A stretch of 64,000 bases of DNA from Hormoscilla sp. (GTDB lineage Bacteria > Cyanobacteriota > Cyanobacteriia > Cyanobacteriales > Desertifilaceae). Positions 19,586 through 30,025 of this stretch are shown here, piece after piece. Made by a program: the position numbers and the translations under genes. The notes under the pieces were generated by a model. That model ran no database searches and had not been told where the DNA came from. It saw nothing but the letters and a program-made list of their open reading frames with translations. Every line of letters begins with the position of its first letter. The first letter of the stretch is position 1. The stretch is taken from contig JBFRWI010000145.1 in NCBI GenBank assembly GCA_051439505.1, positions 16,276 to 80,275 of the forward strand. Direction: 5' to 3'.

Positions 19586-20084
19586 TCCATAATATAATAG
19601 CAACAACCAAAGCACCTGCGATCGTCCATAGCCAACTCCAAGGGGACTTGCCAAAAACAGCCAACGCCCATAATATTGAAAGCAGAGATGTGCTCGTTAC
19701 TGTCAATATTGCCAATAATTGCGAGGCTGTTATATAAAATACTATGAGCGTTGGCATACCCACAGCGGCTGCAAAAATTGCAATAAATGACAACAGGTAT
19801 ATAATCGATTTTAATCGCTCTTGTTCTTCTAGTTGATTTGTCTGAGGTACAACCTCCAATTTTTCTAATATCTGTAATAACTCTTCCTTTTCGGAAACGG
19901 ATAAAATCTCTACTAGCGATGACCGTTGAGTCAGGATTTTATTTGTCAGTTCCCGAAATTTTATTTCTTCTTCCTGCGTGAATAGCGATGACTGTTGAGT
20001 CAGGATTTTATTTGTCAGTTCCCGAAATTTTATTTCTTCTTCCCGCGTTAAAATTGTATCAGTATTGTTTTGGGTTTCCATCAT
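19539..20084 (-). CDS. Hypothetical membrane protein with a 23-aa internal duplication
   Basis: ATGA overlap with the upstream gene. EEEIKFRELTNKILTQxSSL occurs twice. Three C-terminal hydrophobic segments. Confidence 0.6.
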   Translation of the reverse strand: MMETQNNTDTILTREEEIKFRELTNKILTQQSSLFTQEEEIKFRELTNKILTQRSSLVEILSVSEKEELLQILEKLEVVPQTNQLEEQERLKSIIYLLSFIAIFAAAVGMPTLIVFYITASQLLAILTVTSTSLLSILWALAVFGKSPWSWLWTIAGALVVAIILWTLLGLPLNISSIVNP

Positions 20085-20470
20085 ACTACTCCGGATATTA
20101 AATAACTGCACAAAATTGCCAACAACGAGCAACCTATTGAAGCAATTGCCAAAAATTGTAGATCTATCTCCTCTTCTTCTTGTCTCAATTTTACGTAATT
20201 ACCTATGCTAAATAAAGCACTGGAAACTAGAATATTGATAAGCAGCAAACTGAAACATACGCTTTCTAAATCATTATTTGGGCTCCCCTGAAAAAATCTT
20301 AGACTAATTGATGAACCAGAAAGGGTACTAGAGAAAATAAATAATTTTCCATCTTTTAATACCTGATACCATTCCTCACTAATATTCAATAGTTTCAGGA
20401 GCGTTAAGTTAATCACTATTGGCATAAGAGGTAAAACTACATGGCTAAAAATCCAGAAATAAACTTCCAT
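20081..20470 (-). CDS. Hypothetical 4-TM membrane protein (AT-rich)
   Basis: 129-aa hydrophobic ORF, operon-like spacing with its neighbours. Confidence 0.6.
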   Translation of the reverse strand: MEVYFWIFSHVVLPLMPIVINLTLLKLLNISEEWYQVLKDGKLFIFSSTLSGSSISLRFFQGSPNNDLESVCFSLLLINILVSSALFSIGNYVKLRQEEEEIDLQFLAIASIGCSLLAILCSYLISGVV

Positions 20471-20478
20471 GATACATT

Positions 20479-20736
20479 TTACTTATATTTACTCGTCGCT
20501 AACCCGGCGATAAAAGCTCCCAAAATTGTCCCAGTCCACAAACCAGTAGTGCTTCCTTGCCATAGCGCCGTTGGCTTTACTAAACTGTCGCAGATGATAT
20601 TCAATCCCCCCCATTTATTGTAGCAGGACTGGGTGCGATAGAATGTACTTACTTGGGAGCCCAGCCACATCCCAAATATTCCCGAACTTAGAGCGACAAA
20701 GGTGCAGATAATCGTTCTTTTGCCTTCATTGTTCAT
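20479..20736 (-). CDS. Small hypothetical 2-TM protein
   Basis: 85 aa. Two hydrophobic segments flank a Cys pair; WQGSTTGLWTGTILGAF. Confidence 0.65.
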   Translation of the reverse strand: MNNEGKRTIICTFVALSSGIFGMWLGSQVSTFYRTQSCYNKWGGLNIICDSLVKPTALWQGSTTGLWTGTILGAFIAGLATSKYK

Positions 20737-20817
20737 GATGATTGTTAATGGTTCATTGTTAATGGTTCATTGTTCATAACTGTAGTTACAAACAATGAAC
20801 CCAAACACCCGATCGCC

Positions 20818-23800
20818 TCAACCGGTATTGCGCATGCCAGCGGCGATGCCGTTAATCGTCAACAAGGCCCCCCGCAGCAACTCCGACTTGCTGTAACGGG
20901 AAATCACTCCCGAGGCGGCATTATTTTGATGCTGGCGCAGGCGCTTCAGCAGGGATACCTGCAAGAACCCTAGGGGCACGATCGTCCCATTCCGCAACTG
21001 CACCGATCGCTGTAGTCCGGGGTCTCCATCCAACAGTCGTTCGTGCTCTGTAATTTTCAACACCAAATCCCGGGTGAGATCGTATTCCCCTAAGATTTGC
21101 TCGAACAACCGTTCAAAGCGGGGCAAATCTGCTGGTGGGGATAATTCCCGCAAGTAATATTTGGCAATTTGCATGTCCACCTTTGCCAAGGTCATCTCCA
21201 CCTTCGAGATCGCCATTTTGAAAAATGGCCATTTATCATAGAAACAGCGCATTAACTTCAAATGTCCCTCGGGAGACTGTTGCAAAAAGTCTTGCAAGGC
21301 CGTGCCCACTCCATACCAACTGGGCAGCAGATAGCGGGCCTGCGTCCAGCTAAATACCCAGGGGATCGCCCGCAGACCCGATAAACCCTTCTTCGCGCCC
21401 CCGCTGCGACGGGCGGGACGAGATGAGATTTGCAGTTGACTGATTTCTTGAATTGGCGTGGCGTGATGGAAGAAGTCGATGAAATCTGGCTCCTCGTAGA
21501 TTAAGGCCCGGTAATGCGATCGGGCCTTGGTGGCCAACTCTTCCATGATTTCGTTCCAAGGTTGAATATCATCAAACCCGCTGCCCAACAGGCTAGCTTG
21601 CACCACCGCCGAGGCGATATTTTCCAGGTTGTATAGTGCCAACTCCGGTAAGGAGTATTTTGAGGCTAACACTTCTCCCTGTTCCGTGATTTTGATCCGT
21701 CCCGAGATGCTGCGGCCCGGTTGGGCGAGAATCGCTTCGTAGGCCGGTCCGCCGCCCCGACCTACCGAACCGCCCCGCCCGTGAAAGATCCGCAAGGCCA
21801 CGCCGTATTGGTCTGCCACATCTTGCAAAGCTTTCTGGGCCTTCTGGATTTCCCAGTTGCTGCTTAAGAAGCCCGAATCTTTATTACTGTCCGAGTAGCC
21901 CAACATCACCTCTTGCACGATTACCCGCTTTTCCCCCTCGATCGCGGAGTAGCCTCCCGCGATCGCTGCTATATAGAAGGGCATATCGAACAGAGATTTC
22001 ATAATCCCCGGTGCATTCTTCAAATCTTCCACCGTTTCAAATAGGGGCACCACTTGGATGCTGGCCACCCCCGTGACTGGGTCGTACAGACCCGCTTCCT
22101 TTGCTAACAGCAACACCTCCAGGATGTCGCTGACATCATTGCTCATGCTAATGATGTAGGTTTGGCTGATTTCCTTGCCAAACTCCTCTTGCAACTGGCG
22201 CAACATCCGTACCGTGGCGATCGTTTCGCTAGTTGCTTCTGAGAACGGCAGTTCTGCTGAAATTAATGGCCGGCGGGTTTGCAGTTCCGTCACCAACCAA
22301 TTTACCCGTTCGGGTTCTGAAAGTTCCTCGTAGGGGCAGGGCAAAACTTGCATGTATGCTGCCACCTCGTTCAGGGCCGCACTGTGCCGCGAACTCTCCT
22401 GACGAATATCCAGATGGGCTAAATTGAACCCATATATTTCCACCTGACAGATCACTTCCTCTAGCTGCCGACAATTTAAATTTGTCTCCAGAAGCGATCG
22501 CTCGATCACCCGCAACTCTGCTAGAAACTCATCGGCATTTTCATAGCCATCTGCATCCCCCGATATTTCTGACAGCTGCGGTTCTGACTGGAGGTGAGAT
22601 TTTCCCACCCTGCCCGTTTCCGTCCTTTTGCGAGCATTGCTTTTCTGGGTATTTTCCAACCGCTTGAGGATATAGGACAGCTTTAAGCGATAGGGTTCTT
22701 GCCGATAGCGAATTGCCAGTTCCTCGTATACCTTTGGCAAGCGCTGATGATCCTGTTCCAAAGACTCCAACAGTTCTGGCAACACCTCGCTCCAATGCTG
22801 CGACAGACTCAAGATATCGATCAATTGCCGCACCGACTGAATGTATTTTTCCAGCACCAGATGTCGCTGATAGCACGCTGTTTGCCAGGTAACATCTGGC
22901 GTCACCGACGGGTTGCCGTCCCTGTCTGACCCCACCCAAGAACCAAACTTGCAGAAATTCGACTTGGGCGGTTCCAGGTAAGGAAAAGTCCCCTTTAATG
23001 CTAACTTAAACCGTTGATGTAGTTTGGGAATCACGTCAAATAGCACTTCCTGGAAGTAATGCAGCGTATAGTCTACTTCATCGAGGACTGTCGGTTTGAA
23101 CTGATGCAGCTCATCCGTGCGCCACCACAGGCGAATTTCTTCTGTCAGCTTCTCCAGCAACTCCCCTGCTTCCCCAGACTTTCCGGATGTCATTACCGCA
23201 GTCTGGCCCTCTGGACGTCCGATCGTCCCTTCTTCTAACTCATCCAACCGCTGTAAAATTTTCGCGATCCGGCGCTGCTTATCCCGGATCGTGTGGCGGA
23301 CTATTTCTGTCGGGTGTGCCGTGAACACTAACCGAATATCCAACTTGTCAATCAAATTCTGGATCTGACCCGGTGGCACGTTCAACTCCCGCAATTTGGG
23401 CAGCAGTGCGTGAAAATTGCGCAGATCTCGCCGCTTCCCTCCTTCCGATTCTGATATGCTTTTTTCCAGTAGGCTTGCCTGGAACTTGCTCGTGCCGGCT
23501 TTTCCCCCCACCTCAACTGCATTTGTCCCGCTTTTCTTGCTGCCATTACCCGACGATCCGACTTCATCATCCTCCTTGACGATTTCTGCCCGATACTCTT
23601 GCTGTTGTCCCCGCTGGGTGTAATGCTGTTCTACTATATTTATCAGCTGAAAGTAAAGGGCAAAACCCCGCGTCGCCCGGATGGCTTCGTTGAAGTCCAG
23701 ATTTTCGATCAACTGTTGCTCTTGGGAGCCAATTTTTCCCTCACCGTTGAATAAATTTGTCGGGGCCTGCCCTTCTGGAGAACTCATGGCCCGCATTGAT

Positions 23801-24009
23801 GTCAGCAAGTTGATCAATTCTCGACCGCACTCTTGCTCTAACACCGACTCCCACATTTGTTCCACCACTTTCAGGCGATGGCGCAGCAAGATTTCCGACT
23901 TCCAATTTGCTGTCATTTCTTCCGATTCTCTAGCTGCGACACCCTCGCCCTTCGCTGCTGCTTTTTCTATACCGGTGCTAATTTCTTGATTGTAGACTGT
24001 TGAACTCAT
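20818..24009 (-). CDS. ppc: Phosphoenolpyruvate carboxylase
   Basis: [42 protein letters not shown] and C-terminal GMRNTG. Confidence 0.98.
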   Translation of the reverse strand: MSSTVYNQEISTGIEKAAAKGEGVAARESEEMTANWKSEILLRHRLKVVEQMWESVLEQECGRELINLLTSMRAMSSPEGQAPTNLFNGEGKIGSQEQQLIENLDFNEAIRATRGFALYFQLINIVEQHYTQRGQQQEYRAEIVKEDDEVGSSGNGSKKSGTNAVEVGGKAGTSKFQASLLEKSISESEGGKRRDLRNFHALLPKLRELNVPPGQIQNLIDKLDIRLVFTAHPTEIVRHTIRDKQRRIAKILQRLDELEEGTIGRPEGQTAVMTSGKSGEAGELLEKLTEEIRLWWRTDELHQFKPTVLDEVDYTLHYFQEVLFDVIPKLHQRFKLALKGTFPYLEPPKSNFCKFGSWVGSDRDGNPSVTPDVTWQTACYQRHLVLEKYIQSVRQLIDILSLSQHWSEVLPELLESLEQDHQRLPKVYEELAIRYRQEPYRLKLSYILKRLENTQKSNARKRTETGRVGKSHLQSEPQLSEISGDADGYENADEFLAELRVIERSLLETNLNCRQLEEVICQVEIYGFNLAHLDIRQESSRHSAALNEVAAYMQVLPCPYEELSEPERVNWLVTELQTRRPLISAELPFSEATSETIATVRMLRQLQEEFGKEISQTYIISMSNDVSDILEVLLLAKEAGLYDPVTGVASIQVVPLFETVEDLKNAPGIMKSLFDMPFYIAAIAGGYSAIEGEKRVIVQEVMLGYSDSNKDSGFLSSNWEIQKAQKALQDVADQYGVALRIFHGRGGSVGRGGGPAYEAILAQPGRSISGRIKITEQGEVLASKYSLPELALYNLENIASAVVQASLLGSGFDDIQPWNEIMEELATKARSHYRALIYEEPDFIDFFHHATPIQEISQLQISSRPARRSGGAKKGLSGLRAIPWVFSWTQARYLLPSWYGVGTALQDFLQQSPEGHLKLMRCFYDKWPFFKMAISKVEMTLAKVDMQIAKYYLRELSPPADLPRFERLFEQILGEYDLTRDLVLKITEHERLLDGDPGLQRSVQLRNGTIVPLGFLQVSLLKRLRQHQNNAASGVISRYSKSELLRGALLTINGIAAGMRNTG

Positions 24010-24518
24010 AAGCTTTTCCGTGCTCCTTTTCTCTGATGCATCCGATTGTATACTTCTTTCAATTCCGATTACCTTTTGCTAGTTTCCTCCTTTCCCTTCC
24101 TACTGCTGCAAATTTTATCTTTTCTTCCATTTTTCAATCTTTTCGGCCATCGTTCTTGACTTTTCGGTGCAAGAGGCGATCTACACCTCTTAACCGGACA
24201 ATAGCACTCGATCCCCTCACGCTCTACTTGCGGCGAGTCGAACGCCGTCGTGGAGTCCTGGAGCGGATGGTTTGAGGAAGTAACGAACTATCGGCATGGC
24301 ACACAATAATAGGATATTATATCAAATAACTTGATTTTTGGGACCGACTGAACTGAAAAATCTGGCTGTCAGCGCACAGCCCGATTTTTCCACCAACGGT
24401 ACCCCTCAAGGGTCCGGCTACACTAACCTTCGCCCGCCTGCGCGGGCTAGAGTAGATGGGTTATCGTTGCACCCTAGATCTCAATAGAGGGTAGATTGAC
24501 GACCGATTATGTTCGCTG

Positions 24519-24758
24519 TTAACTTTTTGCTGGGGAATTTTCCAACTGTTCGCGATTCAGCAGGGGCAGGCGATCGCCCCGGAAAATTTCTTCGCTGGTT
24601 AGGCCGAGACTGGCCAGCGCTTCTGAGACGGTATGGGCACAGGCCAAACCGATAAGCACCGGAGGTATGGCGAGACTCAATAGCATTTGAGACCCAACTG
24701 GACGATCGTGAGCAGCAAATGGCTGGCTATGAAGTATGGTGGAAGAGCGATCGGGCAT
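24519..24758 (-). CDS. Small conserved cyanobacterial hypothetical protein
   Basis: 79 aa with LGxxSEEIFRGDRLPLL motif. Confidence 0.65.
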   Translation of the reverse strand: MPDRSSTILHSQPFAAHDRPVGSQMLLSLAIPPVLIGLACAHTVSEALASLGLTSEEIFRGDRLPLLNREQLENSPAKS

Positions 24759-24959
24759 GGTTGTCTGGGATAGAGTAGAAATCGCGATCGTAACATTTGT
24801 AACAAATATTGCTACACTTGTGGCACGAAAGGGCCTGATAACTAGGGAATAAGCGTAGCATATATTTGAGAAGAATAACTTATAATCGCCCCCTACCAGT
24901 TGGATTTCGTGGGGAGACTCAACCTACAGCTACTGACAATTGACAACTGATAACTGACA

Positions 24960-27674
24960 ATGGTGCTCAAAATTAACTTTGGTTCCGATAACGGTCGGTC
25001 GGACTTGCAAGATTGGATATCTGAGGCGATCGCCCTTGTGGGGGGGCGGGTGAGAGTGCGTCTGCGGGGGAATGACTTGCACGTGCTGTGCGAAGCACCT
25101 ATCTGTCCCGATGCCGAGGCAGTCTTGCCGACTCTCAAGTCGGCGATCGCTTCTCACCTGGAGAAATTGCTGGATGGTAGGGACCGATCGCCGGTATATA
25201 AGGTGCTGGTCTACGGTCGTCAATTTGGCCTGCGGTACCCGGCCTGGACGGAAACGATCGCCCTGGACCAGTTAGACCGGGAAACGCTAGCGCTGTTGCC
25301 CAGGACTAAAGGGGCCGTGATCTCCAACCGGACTTTGGCCAGTCAGGGAGACCCACGGGCGATCGCCTGTTATTTGAGCGAAACCCTCAGTCCTTTAGGG
25401 GTGGGGGTGAAGGTGAAGAGCAAAACTATGGGGAAAAGTGCGGGCTCTCACCTGCGGCTGTTAATTTCTTGCATTTCTAATTATAGCCCGGACTCGGCTT
25501 TGCTGGGACCGACTATTGCCCAGCAGTTGCGAGATTTGAATTTAAGGGGATTTATTGATGCGATCGTCCGCAGTTCGGTGCGGGGCGAGGAGACTCCCAA
25601 CTGGACTCTGATTGTCGATCTGACTCCTTCGGAAGTCCTGCTGCGAGCATGGGGACGCTGGGGAGATGTGCCCGCGATCGCGCGACTGCTGAGTTTGAGT
25701 TTAGCCGATCGGGGAGTCACGGTTTCTGCCATTGGCAAGGAATCAACTCTGCACCTGTTCTGTCAGGCCCCCACGACCCCAGACCAACAATTTGTCAGGT
25801 ATAAAATTGCCGATCTGCTGACATCTTTGCGGCCTCAAGGCATTCATGCGGCCACTATCTACGGTCATCTAATTGATGAACGGAAACCTCAGTGGGTAGA
25901 ATGGCTGGATTTACCTTCTAAAGAAGATCCTCAAAGGGCGGTTTCTACCGTAAAATTGGCCGCACGGGGAGATCTGGAGGCTTTAGAATTTTTGCTCAAT
26001 CGCTTATTAAATCCCGATCTGGAGGAGCAGTTGCTCACTGGCGGTATGCGAGTGCGGGTAGCGCGGAAAACGGACCTGTTACACGTGATGATCGACGCAC
26101 CGGTCTGTCCCGACCAAAGTCATGCTGCACCGCTGATTGCTAAGTTTCTGCGGGAGCTGCAAATCCCCCAAATTGCTGGGGTTAGGGTTTACGGGCGCAT
26201 GTCCGGTCAAAGGTTTCCGATCTGGAACTACGGTCTCGATTTTCGCCGCCGCCAACCTGCTGTTCCTACTTCTCAGCCGCTTGAAGATGAGCTGCTTTGT
26301 GATGATAGTTGGGATTTGTCTCTGGCTGCCAACCGCATTTCCGGTAAGCTAGTATTGGCAATCAAGCAATGTTTAATCCGATCGGGATTGTGCGTGCCTC
26401 AAATGGAGTTGGCCTCCACCAGAGTTCCCGGGCGATCGTCCCAGCCATTTATGATTAATTCGGAATTTTTAAGTACAATCGTCTGGACGGCTGTGGGATT
26501 GCTGCTGACTTTGCAAATTGATTGGGTGTTGGGAAATATCGTACTTCCAGCAGCGGTCATCGGTCAAGAAGAAGAGGGTCAGTTGGCGTCGGATGCCTCC
26601 TCTGAGGTGGTCTCCCCTTACCCCAGCTTTATCAATCCTTTACTGGACGAACATCTGGGGCGCTATCATCAATTATTAATAGAATCTGGTCCTCCTGATG
26701 TTATGGTGGTCGGCAGTTCCCGGGGACTGCGGGGGATAGACCCAAAGGTACTCCGCCAAGTTCTCAGATCCCGAGGCTATGGAAACGTGAGTATTTATAA
26801 TTTTGGCGTTAACGGTGCTACGGCCCAAGTGGTGGACGCGATCGTCCGCCGCATTTTAACTGCCGAACAGTTGCCGAAATTGATTCTCTGGGCCGATGGT
26901 ACTCGCGCTTTTAATAGCGGTCGCAAAGATCTGACTTATCAGGTAATTGCTTCTTCAGTCGGTTACTCTCAATTGGCAGATGGCACTCTGGTCCGTCCTA
27001 CCTATGGTGACTCTACTAATGCTAATTCTTCCCCAAGAACGATCGCTGGTTATCAAGATGTCGAGCGTTGGTTCGATCGGGTGCTGGGTTCGGCCTCGGC
27101 CCTCTATCCTCAACGGGAACAGTTGAAATCCCTTTTGGGGGCACAGATCGCTAATGTCCTACCTTCTGTGAAACTGGATCGACTGGGCAATTTACAAGAC
27201 CCGGAAGCACCGGAATTATTAACTATTCAGGGGGTTTTAGAACCAGATGGCTTTCTGCCCTTTGACCTGCGCTTCGATCCCGATACTTACTATCAAAATC
27301 ATCCCCGAGTCACTGGCAAATACGACCAGGACTATCAAGCTTTTGACCTGGGCAGCACCCAAGGAGAAGCGCTCAATGCTCTGCTAGAGTTAACTAAGGA
27401 TCGTGATATTCCGGTTGTTTTCGTCAACCTGCCCCTCACCGATCGATATTTAGATCCGGTCCGCAGAGAATACGAGCAAAAATTTCGCCAACACATGGAG
27501 AGTCTGACTGCCCCCGAAGAGTTTATTTTCCGAGATCTAACTCTTTTGTGGGATGGCGGTCAATATGAATTTTTCTCCGACCCCAGTCACCTCAACCGTT
27601 ATGGCGCTGCTGCGGTCTCGGCACATCTGGCCTGGGACCCGATGATTCCTTGGCACGTACTTGCAGAAGATTGA
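24960..27674 (+). CDS. DUF1574-like / SGNH-type acyl hydrolase with large N-terminal region
   Basis: One TM, then VGSSR, NFGVNGAT and DPSHLN (GDSL/SGNH blocks). Upstream of an MBOAT gene. Confidence 0.75.
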   Translation: MVLKINFGSDNGRSDLQDWISEAIALVGGRVRVRLRGNDLHVLCEAPICPDAEAVLPTLKSAIASHLEKLLDGRDRSPVYKVLVYGRQFGLRYPAWTETIALDQLDRETLALLPRTKGAVISNRTLASQGDPRAIACYLSETLSPLGVGVKVKSKTMGKSAGSHLRLLISCISNYSPDSALLGPTIAQQLRDLNLRGFIDAIVRSSVRGEETPNWTLIVDLTPSEVLLRAWGRWGDVPAIARLLSLSLADRGVTVSAIGKESTLHLFCQAPTTPDQQFVRYKIADLLTSLRPQGIHAATIYGHLIDERKPQWVEWLDLPSKEDPQRAVSTVKLAARGDLEALEFLLNRLLNPDLEEQLLTGGMRVRVARKTDLLHVMIDAPVCPDQSHAAPLIAKFLRELQIPQIAGVRVYGRMSGQRFPIWNYGLDFRRRQPAVPTSQPLEDELLCDDSWDLSLAANRISGKLVLAIKQCLIRSGLCVPQMELASTRVPGRSSQPFMINSEFLSTIVWTAVGLLLTLQIDWVLGNIVLPAAVIGQEEEGQLASDASSEVVSPYPSFINPLLDEHLGRYHQLLIESGPPDVMVVGSSRGLRGIDPKVLRQVLRSRGYGNVSIYNFGVNGATAQVVDAIVRRILTAEQLPKLILWADGTRAFNSGRKDLTYQVIASSVGYSQLADGTLVRPTYGDSTNANSSPRTIAGYQDVERWFDRVLGSASALYPQREQLKSLLGAQIANVLPSVKLDRLGNLQDPEAPELLTIQGVLEPDGFLPFDLRFDPDTYYQNHPRVTGKYDQDYQAFDLGSTQGEALNALLELTKDRDIPVVFVNLPLTDRYLDPVRREYEQKFRQHMESLTAPEEFIFRDLTLLWDGGQYEFFSDPSHLNRYGAAAVSAHLAWDPMIPWHVLAED

Positions 27675-28047
27675 AAATTGCGTTGCACATTTTTACCGAT
27701 GATAGCAGCCAATTTTTCAACTTTGCGCTCTAGCTAATTGCTAATTGAAAAGAGTAAAGCCATCTATTCATGACGACAAATGACGATCTCAATTCACCAT
27801 TGACAATAGCGCTCCTGCAGGCTCCGGGCCCCCTCCGCTGCGCGACTTCGTCCTCTGCAATTAGCAGCCGGAATCATCGGTGGAGTTGTGCAACGCCAAG
27901 TAAATATCCCATGAGAGGGAAAAAAATTATTAAACCCTTGACAAGTTCCACTCCCGTTAGCTATACTTTATTCAGCAATGAAGGTTCATGGGGGCTTGGA
28001 AAATCAACAAGCCCAAGCGAAACCAGGGATGCCCGGCCCGGACTGCT

Positions 28048-28119
28048 AATAATTGATAATTGATAATTGACAATTGATAATGGGTAATTGTCAATTATCA
28101 ATTATCAATTGTCAATTAT
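28048..28119. repeat. AATTGA(T/C) heptamer repeats in inverted arrangement
   Basis: (AATTGAT)n followed by (ATCAATT)n, forming a long hairpin. Confidence 0.8.
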
Positions 28120-28241
28120 AGAAAGGATTTAGTCTATTTTGGTAGACTGGCAATTTTAGCCTCTCTTTTTGACCAGAGGCTGCTTGTTGCGACAGATGCA
28201 AGATATGAGTGTAACAACGGCGGCGTAACAACTAGAAGATT

Positions 28242-29726
28242 ATGAGTTTGACTTCGATCGCATATGGCATGTTCTTGCTACTTGTGGGGGCAATTTACTG
28301 GTCGGTGCCCCGCCAAAACTGGCGACTCTGGACGATCTTAATTGCTAGTTTTGCCTTTTACGGTCAACCACAATATTTTCCCTTGCTACTGGCGATCGCC
28401 CTCATAAATTTTGCCTTGGGACGATCGATGGGGTATCATAGATATGAGGAAAGTTGGGATTTAAAAAATGCAGCTTTTGCGGAACTGGACTGGGACCGCT
28501 ATCGGCGCACCGTTCCCCTACTATTGGGGATTATATTGAACGTGCTGCTACTCCTGGGTTTTAAATATTTACCCTTTATTTTCTCTTTGCTGCCACCGAT
28601 ACTGGACCTGCCGGTACCTCTGGAACGGGTAAACGCGATCGCCGATAATTTAATTGCCCCTTTGGGCCTGAGTTTCTTTTGCTTTGAGTCCATTGCTTAC
28701 CTGATCGATGTCTATCGCGGGGCCCCGGCAGCAAGAAAGTTTCTCCCCTTTGCTGCTTACAAGCTTTTCTTTCCTAAACTGATCTCCGGACCCATTACTA
28801 CCTACCATCAATTTGACAGTCAATGGGCCTCTTTGCGCTTTCCTAACGCTCAATTGCTGGCCGAAGCTTTGTGGTCGATCGCTTTTGGAATTGCTAAAAA
28901 AGTGCTAGTGGCCGATCGCCTGGGCATTTTCGTCGCTTTATGCTTTGATAATCTCAACCGGGCCGGTAGCGGCGACCTTTGGTTGGCAACCTTTGCCTAT
29001 GGTTTGCAACTATATCTGGACTTTAGTGCCTATGTTGATATTGTCCGAGGCACCGCTATCCTCTTTGGCCTGCATTTGCCCCCCAATTTTGATTACCCTT
29101 ACTTTAGTACCAGCATTGCTGATTTTTGGCGGCGCTGGCATATTACTTTGGGAGATTGGTTGCGCAACTATCTCTATTTCCCCCTCGGCGGTTCCCGACG
29201 CGGTTTGGCCAGAACTTGCCTCAATTTACTTATTGTTATGGCGATCGCGGGCATTTGGCACGGTCCCGCTTGGGGCTTTATTATCTGGGGCCTACTTCAC
29301 GGTGTCGCTTTGGTCGTCCATCGCCTCACGGAAGCAATCTCCGGACCTAAATCTCTCTGGCACCGCTTTCCTGGGGTACTATTAGCTTGGGCACTTACTC
29401 AAGCTACCGTCTTTACTGCCTGGATCTTCTTTCGCTTGCCCAATTTGTCAGACTCGACTTTGGTCTTTCAACATCTTTGGGGCTATAATGCTGACATCCA
29501 GTTCGCTCAAAAAGTCTATCTCGACAGCATGGGGCTCGATCGCTTACAATTTGCTATATTGCTGGGATTCCTTTTCCTCGGGATGTTCTGCTTATTTGTT
29601 TTACACCGACTGCTGAAGTTGCAACTTAACTGGCCTCTGAAGCTGCTTTTGGTCCCCCTTTGCCTCTATACTGTTTGGCATCTTGCCCCCCCAGGCGGTT
29701 TACCCTATATCTATTTTGATTTTTGA
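28242..29726 (+). CDS. MBOAT family O-acyltransferase (AlgI/DltB-like)
   Basis: PLGLSFF, FFPKLISGPI, DFSAY, FWRRWHITL..WLRNYLYFPLGG and GIWHG. Confidence 0.93.
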   Translation: MSLTSIAYGMFLLLVGAIYWSVPRQNWRLWTILIASFAFYGQPQYFPLLLAIALINFALGRSMGYHRYEESWDLKNAAFAELDWDRYRRTVPLLLGIILNVLLLLGFKYLPFIFSLLPPILDLPVPLERVNAIADNLIAPLGLSFFCFESIAYLIDVYRGAPAARKFLPFAAYKLFFPKLISGPITTYHQFDSQWASLRFPNAQLLAEALWSIAFGIAKKVLVADRLGIFVALCFDNLNRAGSGDLWLATFAYGLQLYLDFSAYVDIVRGTAILFGLHLPPNFDYPYFSTSIADFWRRWHITLGDWLRNYLYFPLGGSRRGLARTCLNLLIVMAIAGIWHGPAWGFIIWGLLHGVALVVHRLTEAISGPKSLWHRFPGVLLAWALTQATVFTAWIFFRLPNLSDSTLVFQHLWGYNADIQFAQKVYLDSMGLDRLQFAILLGFLFLGMFCLFVLHRLLKLQLNWPLKLLLVPLCLYTVWHLAPPGGLPYIYFDF

Positions 29727-29834
29727 ACTGGGCGCGATCGCCCCTTCGACACCACGTGCGATCGCACCGGGGGCCGGGCAGGACTGTTTAGTCCACTTGA
29801 GAGAAGGATAATGATGAAAGTTGCAATGTCGCTG

Positions 29835-29896
29835 GGGTGTGGTCATGCATTTGTTGCAAAGCGGATCCCCCCCCCAAACGGGTTTTGACCACACCC
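29835..29896. mobile_element. Internally deleted family-A MITE (62 bp)
   Basis: Both GGGTGTGGTCA TIRs present. No intact TSD. Confidence 0.7.
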
Positions 29897-30025
29897 AACG
29901 TTCTATAGTAGTACGATAATTAAAATCAAAAGTCACCATCGCTTTGGTAATATCATTTTTGATAAATTATTGTTCGCGCTCACTTTCCTATGCTACCATA
30001 AATATACAGTTGATTTATCCTAAAA

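Noticed and set aside
24960..29726. SGNH-like plus MBOAT pair as a novel system
   Set aside because: It matches the familiar AlgI/AlgJ-type polysaccharide O-acylation arrangement common in cyanobacteria.
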